A stretch of 64,000 bases of DNA from Octopus sinensis. Its lineage: Eukaryota. Location of the stretch: positions 126,480,001-126,544,000 of the forward strand of contig NC_043000.1 of the NCBI RefSeq assembly GCF_006345805.1, given 5' to 3'. The position numbers were made by a program, and so were the translations under genes. The notes below the pieces were generated by a model, which saw only the letters and a program-made list of their open reading frames with translations, did no database searches and was not told the DNA's origin. Shown in pieces: positions 12,271 through 25,300 of the stretch (position 1 is its first letter; every line of letters begins with the position of its first letter).

Positions 12271-14099
12271 TATTTCACTCAGCATAATTACTCTCAATCA
12301 GTTGTTATACTAATCATTGTTGTGCTTGTGCTGTTGTTTGTTCCTGTTCTCATATCTCAGTCACCCAACCACAAATTGCCTTCCCTTTCTCCAACCTTTC
12401 ATCTTGCAACCTTACCTCTTCATATACCGACCTATGATTCTTCCATCTCCTCCAATATGACCCTGCTGCTTCCTACATTTTTCCTGAGCACTTTCGCCTT
12501 TCCTTCAGATGTGGCTGCAATCAGCATGAACTTCTGGTTCATAGTTATTTCATCACCTTGTAACTCTCAACCTGAATACTTTTTCTGCTCATTCTCCTAC
12601 TACAACACTTATCTCTTAAACCCACCAATTGTTCTATCACATACCATCAAGAATATTACTGTATTAATTGCTTGTGGTTCTGTATGTTGAAGAAACCAAT
12701 CAGAAAAGTTATTCTAGGAAGTGCCTTTTAGACATCCAATGTACGAAGAGTGAATCACTTAACTTTTAACTCCTCACTTCTGTCCTCCTGGCTAAAACTT
12801 ATTGCATCTGTCTCTGGTGGTGTTTTAAGCTATTGATCAACCACCTCTTGCATCGCAAACAACAATTAATTTTCTATATATACACAGCTCAAAATGAAAT
12901 TAAGAATTGCCTTGTCCTTTGCCACCTTTTAACACCCCCTCATCACTAATAAAATGCTCTCCATTCCTGTCTATCTCCACACTCTTTCACAATCTCTATC
13001 CATCTATCACACATGCATACCCTTATGCCTTATTCACACCACTTACCCATCAAAACACATCACATACAACATGTACACACATGTTCTCATACACATACAC
13101 ACTTCTATATGCATAGGTTTATACCTATGAATATGTAGAACATACTATCACATTTTATTTCTATTTGGCTCTATAAGACACACATTTGCATGCTTGCATA
13201 TTATCTTCCTTGGCTAAAAAAAAAAACTCTTTTGGTAGTAAAACACCATTTTCTTTCCCTGCTTCCATTATTCATTTCATTATGTGCCTTTCATTATAAA
13301 CACTGCTTCCATGGAACTTTCTTCTCTTCTTTGCATTTCTTGAAAGATCACTCTGAAATTATGTTAAACTCTCCTTTGTTCAAGTATAAAATTATTCCAG
13401 TTCTTTTTTTTTTTTTCCTCCCTCTTACATAAAATATCTCGGAAGGGTAACATTTACCATAGGCTTGAGCCTTGTGAGTAAATCTCTGTACATAGATATT
13501 ATGTCATCATCATCATCATTATTTAACGTCTGCTTTCCATGCTGGCATGGGTTGGATAGTTTGACTGAAAACCAGTAAGCCGGGGAGCTGCACCAAGTTC
13601 CAATCTGATTTGGCATGGTTTCTATGGCCGAATGCCCTTCCTAAACCCAATCAATCCAAGAGTGTAGTTGGTGCTTTTTATGTGCCACCGACACAGCACC
13701 AGCATCGACCACAACTACAATCTCACTTGCCTTGGCAGGTCTTCACAGCACAGTATATTGCCAAAGATCTCAATCACCTGGAACAGCCTCCGAGAGACCA
13801 ATGCTCAAACAATGTTTTTTTACATACCACCAGCACAGGTGCTAGTCAAACAGCACTGGCACTGGCCAAAACTACAATTTCACTTGGCTTGAGAGGTCTT
13901 CCCAAGCACAGCATATTGCCCAACGTTTGAGGGATGCTTTTTACGTGTCAGTTATGCGACACTGGCTTTGGCCACAACTGCGATCTCACTTGGTTTGACA
14001 GGTCTTTTTAAGCACAGCATATCACCAAAAGTCTCAGTCACTTGTCATTGCCGCTGTAAGGCCCAACATTTGAAGATCATGCCACCTCCTCCCATGTCT

Positions 14100-15710
14100 T
14101 CCTGGGTTTATCTCTTCTACAGATTCCCTCCACCATTAGAGTGCAGCACTTCTTCACACAGTTGTCTTTATCCATATGCATCACATGACCATACCTATTT
14201 CTTTACTACCCACAAGGGGCTAAACACAGAGAGGATAAACAAGGACAAATAAACGGATTAAGTCAATTATATCGACCCCAGTGCGTAACTGGTACTTATT
14301 TAATCAACCCCGAAAGGATGAAAGGCAAAGTCGACCTTGGCGGAATTTGAACCCAGAACGTAACGGCAGACAAAATACCACTAAGAATTTCGCCCGGCAT
14401 GCTAACGATTCTGCCAGCTCACTGCATCACATGACCATACCAGCACAGTCGTCCTCTTGCACACCACATCTGATGCCTCTTATGCTCAACTTTTCACTCA
14501 GGATGCTTACCCTCTGTTGTGCATGCACACTGTCATTACATATCCAGTGAAGCATACTAGCTTCATTTGTTAGAAGCCTAGGCATGTCCTCGGTAGTTAC
14601 AGCCCATGTTTCATTGCTGTGTAGCATGGCTGTTCACACATGAGCATCATATAGTCTGTCTTGCACTGTGAGGGAGAGGTACTTTGATACCAGCAGTGGT
14701 AAGAACTCTCTGAACTTTGCCCAGCCTATTCTTATTCTAGCAGCTTCCCACTCAGAGCATCCACCCCCACTATTGACTTAGTCACCTAGATAACAGAAGC
14801 TATCAACTACTTTTAGTTTTTGCCCCTGGCATTTGATGGAATCTATTTTCTGTGCATTTTCAGTGTTAATTGTACCTGTGCACCTTCCACACACAAAAAC
14901 TACTTTCCCTATTAACATTCCTGATATTGCTGCATCTCTTATGTATCCATATCTTATACATCTTATGGAGTTTCTACTGCATCTTTTCTACAGATGAAGC
15001 AGGGCTATCTACCTGAAGGGTTTTGTGATTTGTCTGGTCTCCTACTTACTAAAATTTTGTTTTTATGCTAGATTGACTCTAAGGCCCTTCAATTCTAGAC
15101 CTTACTTCCTTGTCTGAAATTTCTTCTCTAGTTCTGGTAGTGATTTAGCTATAAGAACAAGGTCATCAGCACAGAGGAGCTCCCAGGGGCAGCCTATCTT
15201 AAATTCCTGTTATTGCCTGGAAGACTATGATGAACAAGACGGAGCTGAGGACTGATCCTTGGCGAACCCCTACTTGTACCTTAAATTCATCACTACACTC
15301 ATTGCTAACCTTCACCTTACTGACAGCATCCCTGTACATGGCTTGTGCAGCTCTCACCAACCACTCATTTATCCCTAGCTTCTGCATTGACCACCAGATA
15401 AAGGAGTGGGAGATTGTGTCAAAGGCTTTCTCCATGCTGACAAAAGCCAGGTGTTTATTTTTGGCCAGATATTTCTCCTGCAGTTGCCTAACTAGGAATA
15501 TAGCATCAGTCATGCTCCAGCCTGGCACAAGTCCGAACTGCATCTCATCTACACTAATTCTCTCGCTAATTAGTTGGGCTATGACTCCCTCCGTAACTTT
15601 CATCACCTGCTCCAACAATTTGATACCTCTGTAATTGTCTCTGTCTAAGGTATCACCATTGCCTTTGTAGCAGTCGACTATAATGCTGCTACACCATTGA
15701 CTAAAATGCT
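14100..15710 (-). mobile_element. RTE-clade LINE RT/3' remnant, interrupted by a SINE
   Basis: ORF 15199..15618: EMQFG...TDAIFLVRQLQEKY...DMEKAFD-like...GVRQGSVLS..LF, followed by ELLCADDLVL and HSNETWA. Confidence 0.88.
14196..14423 (-). mobile_element. SINE family B copy with an 18-bp target-site duplication
   Basis: gcatcacatgaccatacc at 14178-14195 and 14424-14441. The same family occurs at about 10280-10495, 24640-24862, 25425-25652, 49747-49976, 51779-51985 and 59955-60135. Confidence 0.85.
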
Positions 15711-15819
15711 ACTACAATCATTGTGGACAACCTGATTAACTATACGGATGACTAAATATGTACATTGCAAATACTGTTGTGCTATTGAAATAACAATAAT
15801 TTCCTTTATCTTTATTCAG

Positions 15820-15938
15820 ATACATACTTCTCCTAATGCTGCAAAAGTTGAGAGCCCAAACAGCTAAAGAGAAGCGTTCAAGATCTTTATCTCACAATGA
15901 CTATAAAGAAAGAGTATCTTACCCATTGTTTAATTCCG
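15820..15938 (+). CDS. Gene A coding exon 6
   Basis: Acceptor tttattcag, donor gtgagt, phase 2-1. Encodes (R)YILLLMLQKLRAQTAKEKRSRSLSHNDYKERVSYPLFNS. Confidence 0.8.
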
Positions 15939-16143
15939 GTGAGTCTGTTTCACAAGAACAACTCTACAATGAATTGTAATGTGAACATAGTTTATTGCAT
16001 TTCTTATTATCATTAGCAGTGTCATGCTACAAAAGACTAGGTCTTTAATTTAGTTTGTACCTCATTCTTTGCAATCATGCAATCACATCTGTTAATTCCT
16101 TTCTCAAAGTTTACCTTCTTGCTCTCACATTAAGAAAACATTG

Positions 16144-16601
16144 AGAGGTGTCAAGTAACTTTAAGTCAAGTTTGGATGTACATCATCATCTTTTGATATT
16201 CATCTTCCATGCTGACTGTGGGATGATGTCAGCAGCTAGGGAGCTGACTGGAAGAGGAAGGGTGCAGCGGTGACACGTGCGCAGGCCTTACGATCAGGGT
16301 AGCCAACAGTGCTGGATGTGTGAGTGCTTCAACAAGGTGAGGGAAAGCAGCTGCTATTTTTAGTGTTCGGGTCGGGCCATGTGGAAGGGTGCGTTACCAC
16401 TGGAGAGGTCTGCGTCAATGAAGAGAAGCCAAGCTGTAGTGGTTGATAAAACTATGTATATCTCAGGACAGCTTGGTCTTAATCCTACCACCATGGATTT
16501 TCCTTCCAACAATGCTGCTGAACAAGCTAGAGGTGTCAAGTACCTTTAAGTCAAGTTTGGATGTACATCATCATCTTTTGATATTCATCTTCCATGCTGA
16601 C
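16144..16601. repeat. 73-bp direct repeat (16144-16216 and 16529-16601) flanking a 312-bp insert
   Basis: agaggtgtcaagta(a/c)ctttaagtcaagtttggatgtacatcatcatcttttgatattcatcttccatgctgac occurs twice with one mismatch. Confidence 0.92.
16427..16531 (+). pseudogene. Captured coding fragment of a RidA/YjgF/YER057c/UK114-family gene (RIDA-like)
   Basis: Open frame SQAVVVDKTMYISGQLGLNPTTMDFPSNNAAEQAR matches the RidA N-terminal 'YSQAV...T.YISGQ.G.DP......EQA' signature. It has no start codon, no splice acceptor and no continuation. Confidence 0.85.
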
Positions 16602-17062
16602 ATCAATTGGATGGTTTGACAGGATCCAACATGTCCAAGGATTGCATAATGCTCCAAAGTCAGCTTTAGCACACTTCCTGTGGCTAGATGCCCTTCCTAA
16701 TGCCAGCCATTTTACAGACTGTACAATTATTTCAATGTAATCTGCTTGAATCATCATTTCTATAGGTTTTATTGTGCTGTTGGTTAACGGTGATGTCATC
16801 AGGAACCTTGAGCTTACCACACCAGCATACATCTTTTGCAATGTGGCAACTTCTACAAGGAGAACTTTACTTGCTAGAAATAGCAGCAAAATCTCTCACC
16901 TCACACCCTACCACCTACCATCTTTAACCCTTCATGGGCTGGTGGGGTTGGAATTACACAAAAGGCCATTGGGGTTCTGAGGGACTCCCTTTTATTTTTG
17001 CGCATTTTTGCACTATCTATAAAGTAATATTTTATTAATCTTGTATATATGTAGGTGGGTAG

Positions 17063-17315
17063 AGATGCATGGCTTAGTGGTTAGGGTGTCAGCATCATGA
17101 TCGTAAGATTGTGGTTTCGATTCCTGGACTGGGCGACGCATTGTGTTCTTGAGCAAAACACTTCATTTCACATTGCTCCAGTCCACTCAGCTGGCAAAAA
17201 TGAGTAACGCTGCGATGGACTGGCGTCCTGTCCAGCTGGGGAACACATATGCCATTGAAACCGGGAAATCGGGCCCATGAGCCTGGCTAGGCTTTAAAAG
17301 GGCGCATTTATTTAT
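17063..17315 (+). mobile_element. tRNA-derived SINE (family D)
   Basis: A-box-like tggcttagtggttag and B-box-like ggtttcgattcc. Related pieces at about 57680-57775, 63410-63680 and 7370-7600(-). Confidence 0.75.
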
Positions 17316-17498
17316 TTTATTATATTATATATGTAGGCATAGGAGTGGCTGTGTAGTAAGTATCTTGCTTACGAACCACATGGTTCTGAGTTCAGTCCCA
17401 CTGCGTGGCACCTTATGCGTCTTCTACTATAGCCTCGGGCCAACCACAAAGCCTTGTGAGTGGATTTGGTAGACAGAAACTGAAAGAAGCCTGTCGTA

Positions 17499-17532
<34 letters not shown>

Positions 17533-18008
17533 ACCATCCGAACGTGGCCGTAGCCAGTACCGCATCGACTGGCCTCCGTGCTGTGGGAACATGGTGGCAA
17601 TCCATCAGTGCCGTAGTCAGTGTGGTGGGCACATGACAAACACCATCCGATCCGATCGTGGCCGTTCGCCAGCCTCATCTAGCACCTGTGTCGGTGGCAC
17701 ATAAAAACACCATCGAAGACCCGGCAAGACTAGTCAGGCATAACCCATGGCCCCTACCTGGGACGTAGTCAGTCCACCTGTGCATACCTTCCTTCTTGTG
17801 ACACTTGTGAAGACCTGTTGAGGCAAGTGAAAATCAAATCAAAACAAATCAAAATAGATGAACATCAATGGAATTTGTATCTTTGTGGTACCAGTGCCGG
17901 TGGCACGTGGCACATAAGAAAACCATCCGAACGTGGCCGTAGCCAGTACCGCATCGACTGGCCTCCGTGCTGTGGGCACGTAACAAGCACCTGTGGGCAC
18001 GTAACAAG

Positions 18009-18382
18009 CACCATCCGATCGTGGCCGTTTGCCAGCCTCATCTGGCACCTGTGTCGGTGGCACATAAAAACACCATCCGAGCGTGGCCGTCTGCCAGCCT
18101 CGTCTGGCACCTGTGTCGGTGGCACATAAAAACACCATCCGAGCGTGGCCGTCTGCCAGCCTCGTCTGGCACCTGTGTCGGTGGCACATAAAAAACACCA
18201 TCCGAGCGTGGCCGTCTGCCAGCCTCGTCTGGCACCTGTGTCGGTGGCACATAAAAACACCATCCGAGCGTGGCCGTCTGCCAGCCTCGTCTGGCACCTG
18301 TGTTGGTGGCACATAAAAAACACCATCCGAGCATGGCCGTCTGCCAGCCTCGTCTGGCACCTGTGTCGGTGGCACATAAAAT
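18009..18382 (+). repeat. Six-copy 62-63 bp tandem repeat inside a family C element
   Basis: Unit caccatccgagcgtggccgtctgccagcctcgtctggcacctgtgtcggtggcacataaaaa starts at 18009, 18071, 18133, 18196, 18258 and 18321. Confidence 0.92.
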
Positions 18383-20742
18383 CACCCACTACACTCTCGG
18401 AGTGGTTGGCGTTAGGAAGGGCATCCAGCTGTAGAAACACTGCCAGATCTGACTGGACTGGTGCAGCTTTCGGGCTCCCCAGACCCCAGTTGAACCGTCC
18501 AACCCATGCTAGCATGGAAAGCGGACGTTAAATGATGATGATGATGATGATGATGATATATATATGTATGTGTGTCTGTATTTGTCCCCCCAGCATCGCT
18601 TGACAACCAATGCTGATGTGTTTACATCCCCATAACTTAGCGCTTCAACAAAAGAGACTGATAGAATAAGTACTAGGCTTACAAAGATTAAGTCCTGGGG
18701 TCGATTTGCTCAACTAAAGGCGGTGCTCCAGCATGGCCACAGTCAAATGACTGAAACAAGTAAATGTGTGAATGCATAATACAGAACATGAAGTTTAGCA
18801 CTTTATAGGTATATATTTGTAATTATTTGCATTTAATATAATTTATTGACTGAAAAAAAAACCTTTATTGAAAGAAATCAACATTTTTTATAGTTTTATA
18901 AACTATACATATAGCACTAAATATAAAATAAAACAAAATTATCTAGTATATCGATTCATATCAGTACATATACGAAGAAAATTGACTTGTAGTTCATGAG
19001 AACAACTGAAAAAAGAACAAAAAAATAATTTCACAGAAGGCCAATGCGGTCTAGTTGGACCCCAGTGACCAGATTTTATGCTATAACATCCAAATGACTG
19101 GAAATTTTTAACTCAAAATTTGTTTGTGCATACATGAACTATTGACAGTAAAAGATATGAGATATAAAATCATTTAAATAAAAAATGTAAAAGTTGCTGG
19201 GGTCCTAAGGGACCCTGCCAGCCCATGAAGGGTTAAAAAGAGGGAAAGGTAAGGGCACATTAGATCACATCTTAGATGTCCTTAAAAGGTGGGATAGGTG
19301 TGACTGGAATACTTTTGATCCTTGTGCCACTTGATCAGGGATGACTTTGAGCCAGATAACAACAAATATACGTACCTTATATTTTACCAATTGTGGATTG
19401 ATGCTAACAAATTTACTTTAATAAAAATGCATCTATAAGTAGATCATCAAAGCAGTTCATGTTGGCATTAATTGGGTCTTACAAGATTGCTCTCTCTCTA
19501 AGCCAAAAGCAGTTAAGGTAGTACTTGACTGATGAGGCCAAGCTAAGATCAAAACATGCTCAAAGTTGTCTCGTTCTTGTTATAAAAATTCAAATAGCAT
19601 GACATTCATTAATGTTGTTTTTATTTTTGCTACATATTTATTTCTGGTTAGCATTGTAAAATTCTCCCTGTACTAAATGTCATTGCTGTCATTTCTTATT
19701 GGGAATTGCTATTCCCAAGAGTGGTACTTGTATGTGTTATTTAAACGGCATTCCTATTGTCAGCTGCTTTACATTGTGTACTGGGTGCATTTTCTCATGG
19801 CACCTACACTAGAGATGAGTAGTCCTCATCAAAACAGGGCTAAACTTACTCTGCTCATTTGCCAATCACTTCATGGCCTGTAGCGGGTGCATTTTACATG
19901 GCATTAACATTAGAGAAGTTGTCTTGCTGATTAGTCACAGTAGAGGGAGTGCTGTGTGGTGCTGCCAGAATAGAATGAAGCACTGGGAGTATGTATACTT
20001 TGCACACTGTAAATCTAGAATGCCCAGTAATGCAAGATGTATAAACCAAAGTGAGGAATGGGAGAAATGTAGCTATCAGCCAGTCTCATGACAGGATTTT
20101 ATCTTGCTCCTGTCATTGAACTGCGGCCATACTGGGGCACTGCCTTGAAGAGTTTTAATTGAACAAATCAACCCTAATGCTTGTTCAAATCTTGTAACTA
20201 TTCTATTGGTCTCTTTTGCTGAACTATTAAGTTATAGGGATGGAAACACACAAATATACATCATCATCATCATTTAATGTCTCCCTTCCATGCTAGCATA
20301 GGTTGAATGGTTTGACATGAGCTGGCAAGCCAGAGAACTGTTACAAGCCCCACTGTTTACTTTGACATGGTTTCTATGGAGAGATGCCTTTATTGGGCTT
20401 CCATATGGTTTCCATCTGCCACATTCATTCAAAAAGCATTGGTTGGCCTGGCGCTATAATAGATGCTATGCAATGGAACTGAACCTGTACTTACAAACCA
20501 ACTTTCCTTAAGCTTACAGCAAAACCTTTTCTAGTTAGCTTTTGAATGCTGCTTTTATTAAATATGTAAACACTAATAAAGTCTTGCATTTTGCTTTGTT
20601 CTATCCCATTTCTGAATAATAATCTTAATTAGTTTTTTCCTTAAATTAAAATTTTTTCTTTACCTATGCAAAATTTGTTTATTAGTCTACCGTTTTAAGT
20701 ATTGTTACTTTTTAATATCTTGTATTTCTGTTTTTTCTTAAG

Positions 20743-21100
20743 TTGTATGGACAAACCCTGAAGTAAACAATATAGAATTACGGCAAAAAATTGGATACTT
20801 GAAGAATACTCTTTTCAATAGAAAGCTCTTAAAACAGAAAGAACTGAATCAGTTTAAATTATTATCTCAACCATCAAATGAGCAATCTTTCTTTGATATT
20901 AAAAATCTTTTCGCTATTGATAAATTGTTGTCAAATGTAGAGAACAAAAAGCAAAGAGGCTGGAGCACGTCTCTATTTAAAAGACGACATTCAGCTAAGC
21001 AAAAAAGCACTTCAATGTCTTCCAGTGTTGATAGTCAAAACTTAGTGGACTCTTATTATGAACAGAATTACAAAACAACAAATACCATCTACAAGTTTCG
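20743..21100 (+). CDS. Gene A coding exon 7
   Basis: Acceptor ttttttcttaag, donor gtaaga, 358 nt open, phase 1-2. Encodes (V)VWTNPEVNNIELRQKIGYLKNTLFNRK...TIYKF and overlaps ORF 20799..21104. Confidence 0.8.
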
Positions 21101-21869
21101 GTAAGATATTTCTTATTTTAACAAAATTAGAAAATGTTGGAATCAGTTGATTTTTGTGTGTGCACGTGTGTAATACAACTCTGTGATAACTCCTTAGAGC
21201 AAGGACAGGGGTCTCAACCTGAGGTGCCAGATGGTATTTTAGGAAGTAAAACAAATTAGGGGGAAAATATGTACATTACTAAAATCACTTTACAAAGTAA
21301 AATTGACTAGAAATAACTTTATTTCACTAAGCACACCGAGAACTTTATTATTCTACATTATTAAACTTTAGAGATTATGACAAAACATTTGTGTCCTTTC
21401 ATCATCATCAGAATACCTGCCCAACACAACAGAATTGAGATCCTAAAACGAAAGTGCCGCGTAAACAGCACAGATGGTGCCATGTAAAAAGCACCCAGCA
21501 TACTTTGTGAAGTGATTGGCATTAGTATGGGCTTCAGGCTGTAAAAACAATGCCAAAACAGACTACTGAACCTGGAGCCACCCCTGGCAAGCCATCCAAC
21601 CCATGCTAGCATGGAAAATGGATGTTAAATGTTGTTGATGATGATCATCCTTCTCCCCTCATGTCACTTTTTCTATGCTGGAATTTAGATTCAGTCTTCT
21701 TAGATTTTTCTTTCAATTGAAGACATAATCTAAGAATTATCTGAATCTACAGGCAGACCTGTAGATTGCAATCAGCGAAAAAAAAGTCCCATTTTTTGAT
21801 GAACAGGAAATAAGAACAAAGAATATATTGAACTTCATAATAATAATAATAATAATAATAATAAACATT

Positions 21870-22375
21870 GTGTACAGTGCTCAGGTGCACTACAACTCAT
21901 CTAAAGTGCATATATAATCAGGTGTAGTTTCGACGGATTTCGGGAAGCATGAGGGCCTTAAAGGATGCAGTGTCATGGCAGTCAACAACTGACGCAGGCA
22001 GTCTATTCGACGCTTCAGCAACTCTGAGCGTGAAGAAATGTTTCCGAAAGTCATGGGAGCTGTGTTGTTTTCTGACTTTGTAGGCATGTCCACGTGTGTT
22101 AGACACATGGAGATCAAAAAGGTGTTCAGTGTTGTTATTGGTGAGGTGGTTGACAACTTTGTGGGCGTTTACCAAGTCCGTCGCCAGACGCCGGAGCTTC
22201 AGTGAATCCATGCCCAGGGAAACAAGGCGCTCAGAATATGGTAGGTGTCTGATGGAGGGTATGCGTTTGGTTGCACGTCTCTGAACAGATTCCAGGAGGT
22301 GAATGTTCTGAGCAAGATAGGGGTTCCAAACTGATGATGCGAATTCCAAGTGTGGTCGCACCATAGCTGTATACA
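21870..22375 (-). mobile_element. CR1-clade LINE 3' fragment
   Basis: VRPHLEFASSVWNPY...LESVQRRATK...YSERL...L..RRL..DL...K...TRGH..K...R.HFFT.RV, the classic CR1 C-terminus. Confidence 0.9.
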
Positions 22376-25300
22376 GTTTTACAGTTTACATTCATGATTG
22401 ATTTCCCTGTTTATAGCCATCTGTGCTCTTTTTCCATGCATGTATACATTACACACAAATATATATATATTACATGCACATACACACAAATATATATATT
22501 ACATACACATACACTCATGTGTGGGGGTAAATATTATAGTGCTAAAATTTCTCTCTGTTACTGGCTTGAGCATCACTGATCATGCAACTGAAGATTGGAA
22601 TGTAAATTTAAACAAATGAATTAGTGGATAGCTGTGAAAAATCCACAGATAGATAAATGTTCAGCTTATAGTTAATTAGTACAGCTTTGGATTGATTAAT
22701 GCCTTGTAAGAGGAAGTAGGAGATGGAAACTATATGGAAGCCTGTTGTGTGTGTAAATATATATTGCTGAACATAAAGTCAGATGAAATGCTGCTAAGCG
22801 TTTTGTCCATGCTAACAATTCTGTCAGTTCGCCACCTATAATGATGATGATATTAACAATAATAATCCTTTCTATTATAGGCACAAGGCCTGATATTTTG
22901 TGGGAGGAGGTTAGTTGATTATACCAACCTCAGTGCTATTCTGGTACTTATTTCATTGACCCCAGAAAGATGAAAAGCAAAGTCAATCTTGGCAGCATTT
23001 GAACACAGAATGTGAAGACAAACAAAATGCCATTAAACATTTTGTCCGGTGTCCTAACGATTCTGCCAGCTGACCACCTAAATAATTGTTTCGAATTTTG
23101 GTACAAGGCCAGCAATTTAACTCTTTAGCATTTAGATTACTCTGTCAAGTGTTATGCTTATTTATTCACATAGTTTTGAATTCATCCTATATCATCTTGC
23201 AGTTCTGAAATTTCAATGATGTGATTTATATTTTTAGAATGACATTGGAGGGTAGGTGTGAAATGTCAGATCTGGCTTGATCACACATGAAACCAATAGA
23301 ATATTTGGGTTGGATATGGCCGGTTTAAATGCTAAAGAGATAATGATTTGTTTTATTGGCCACAAAGGCAATATAATAATAATAATTTTCTTTTATTTTC
23401 TTTTTCAATTATCAAGATTTACAGTACACAGAAATAAGAAAACAGGTGGTTCAAACTACAAAATCCCCAATCTTCCAAATAACATTTGGACCTCTGTACA
23501 TCCTCGACCTTTTGTACATACAAAATCAATACCTGTAAATGACCGGTAAGATTTATATTTGCTCTAGCAAAATTATTTCATATTAAAAACAAAGACATAG
23601 TATTTGTATGAGTTGTACAAGGCTTCAGCTAATTGTTTTAGGTGCCTTTGTAATCCCAAGCAGACAAATACCCTCTCAGCTCTTATATCCTTGACCCAGT
23701 GTGGAACATTGAGGATGCGGTAGCTGGGAGGGGAGAGAGAGTTGCACCAGTACCTGGCTGGTACTTGTTTACAGCTAAATACACTGAAACCATGTGAAAT
23801 GAAGTGCCTTGCTCAAGAACAAAGCCCTGTCTCATTCAGGAAGTGAACCCACACCTTATCATCAAGAGTTCAACCCCTTAACCACCATGTAAAACTTGTA
23901 TTTGAAAACAATTCATTTATTCTTGCCTCCAGTTTTTTTTCAGTTCTAATATAGTACTTAAATACCCAATCTAAACAGCCAATGGATCGTTAATTACAAA
24001 CATTATTTCAGGTCACCCAATGTTCTGTGAGTGGAATTGTATGAGAATCTGTCTTAGTTTATGTGAGTGAATGAGTACAAATGTCTGAGCAAAACAGTGA
24101 CATGTTTGCATTGCTTGTTGACATTATAACGAGTTGCTTTGTGCTTCCAAAGACCAGCGAAATAAAAAAAAAATACCTTACAGAATGAAGATTGGCTTAG
24201 AAAGGATATCTGGTTATAAAATGCTGCCTTAAAAAGTGCCATCTAACCTCGAACATCATTGTTTAGCATCCTCTTTTCCATACCGGCATGGATTGGATGA
24301 TCCAACAGGTACCAATGAGCCATAAAACTATGCCAAGCTACAATGTTTGCTTTGGCCTAGTTTCAACAGCTGGATGCTCTTTCTAATGCCAACCACTTTA
24401 CAAAGTATATTGGGTGCTTTCTATATAGCACCGGCACTAATGAAGTCACCACAACTAAGGGAGTATAGTAGTGAAGGAGGTGAAAGTATGATAGAAGAGG
24501 CAGGAACAGATGAATGTGTCAGGAATACTCCAGACGAAAATGCTTTGGAGAATCTAATAATGAGTTGAGTTCAGGATGCCACTGAAGTGGATTTGGCCTA
24601 TGATCTCTTACTGTCAGTAATATACAGTTAATTAATTCTTATTTCTTTATTGCCCACAAGGGGCTAAACATAGAGGGGGAGAAACAAGGACAGACAAAGG
24701 GATTAAGTCGATTACATCGACCCCAGTGCATAACTGGTACTTAATTTATCGACTCCGAAAGGACGAAAGGCAAAGTCGGAATTTGAATTCAGAACGTAGC
24801 AGCAGGCGAAATAGCGCTAAGCATTTCGCCCAGCACGCTAACGTTTCTGCCAGCTCGCCGCCTTCATTAATTAATTCTATCAACAATTTACCTTCTCTAA
24901 AGCAATTTTAGATTAATTGCCAAATATGGGTACAACTCCTATAGATTTGTAGTAACAAATATAAGCTTGAAGTACTTTGCCTTTCATCCTTTCAGAGTCA
25001 ATAAGTACCACAAATTTCAGGTCTTAGTAGAAAGGGTGAATTGTATTATTAACTGCATGTCTTTGATGATTTGCAAAACCAATCATCATTTAATCCTTTT
25101 GATATCAACCCGACTGAAACTGCCTCTGGTTCTGTAGTACAAATGTCTTGTTTTCAAAAGTTTTTAATTAAAATTTTCCACCAAACCTTAGTCACAATTT
25201 ATGTTCCTAACACTAGCTTAATGATAACTAAGTTATTTTACTAAATTCTTTGTTATATTTAAAATTGAAAGAAACAGAGCATCTCGACAGAAATATGATA

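Larger units (their letters stand above)
16928..19232. mobile_element. piggyBac-like MITE carrying nested SINEs
   Basis: TTAA|cccttcatgggctgg ... ccagcccatgaaggg|TTAA. Confidence 0.8.

Noticed and set aside
18009-18382. CRISPR-like regular array
   Set aside because: The units are contiguous and identical with no unique spacers, there are no cas genes, and the context is a eukaryotic SINE.
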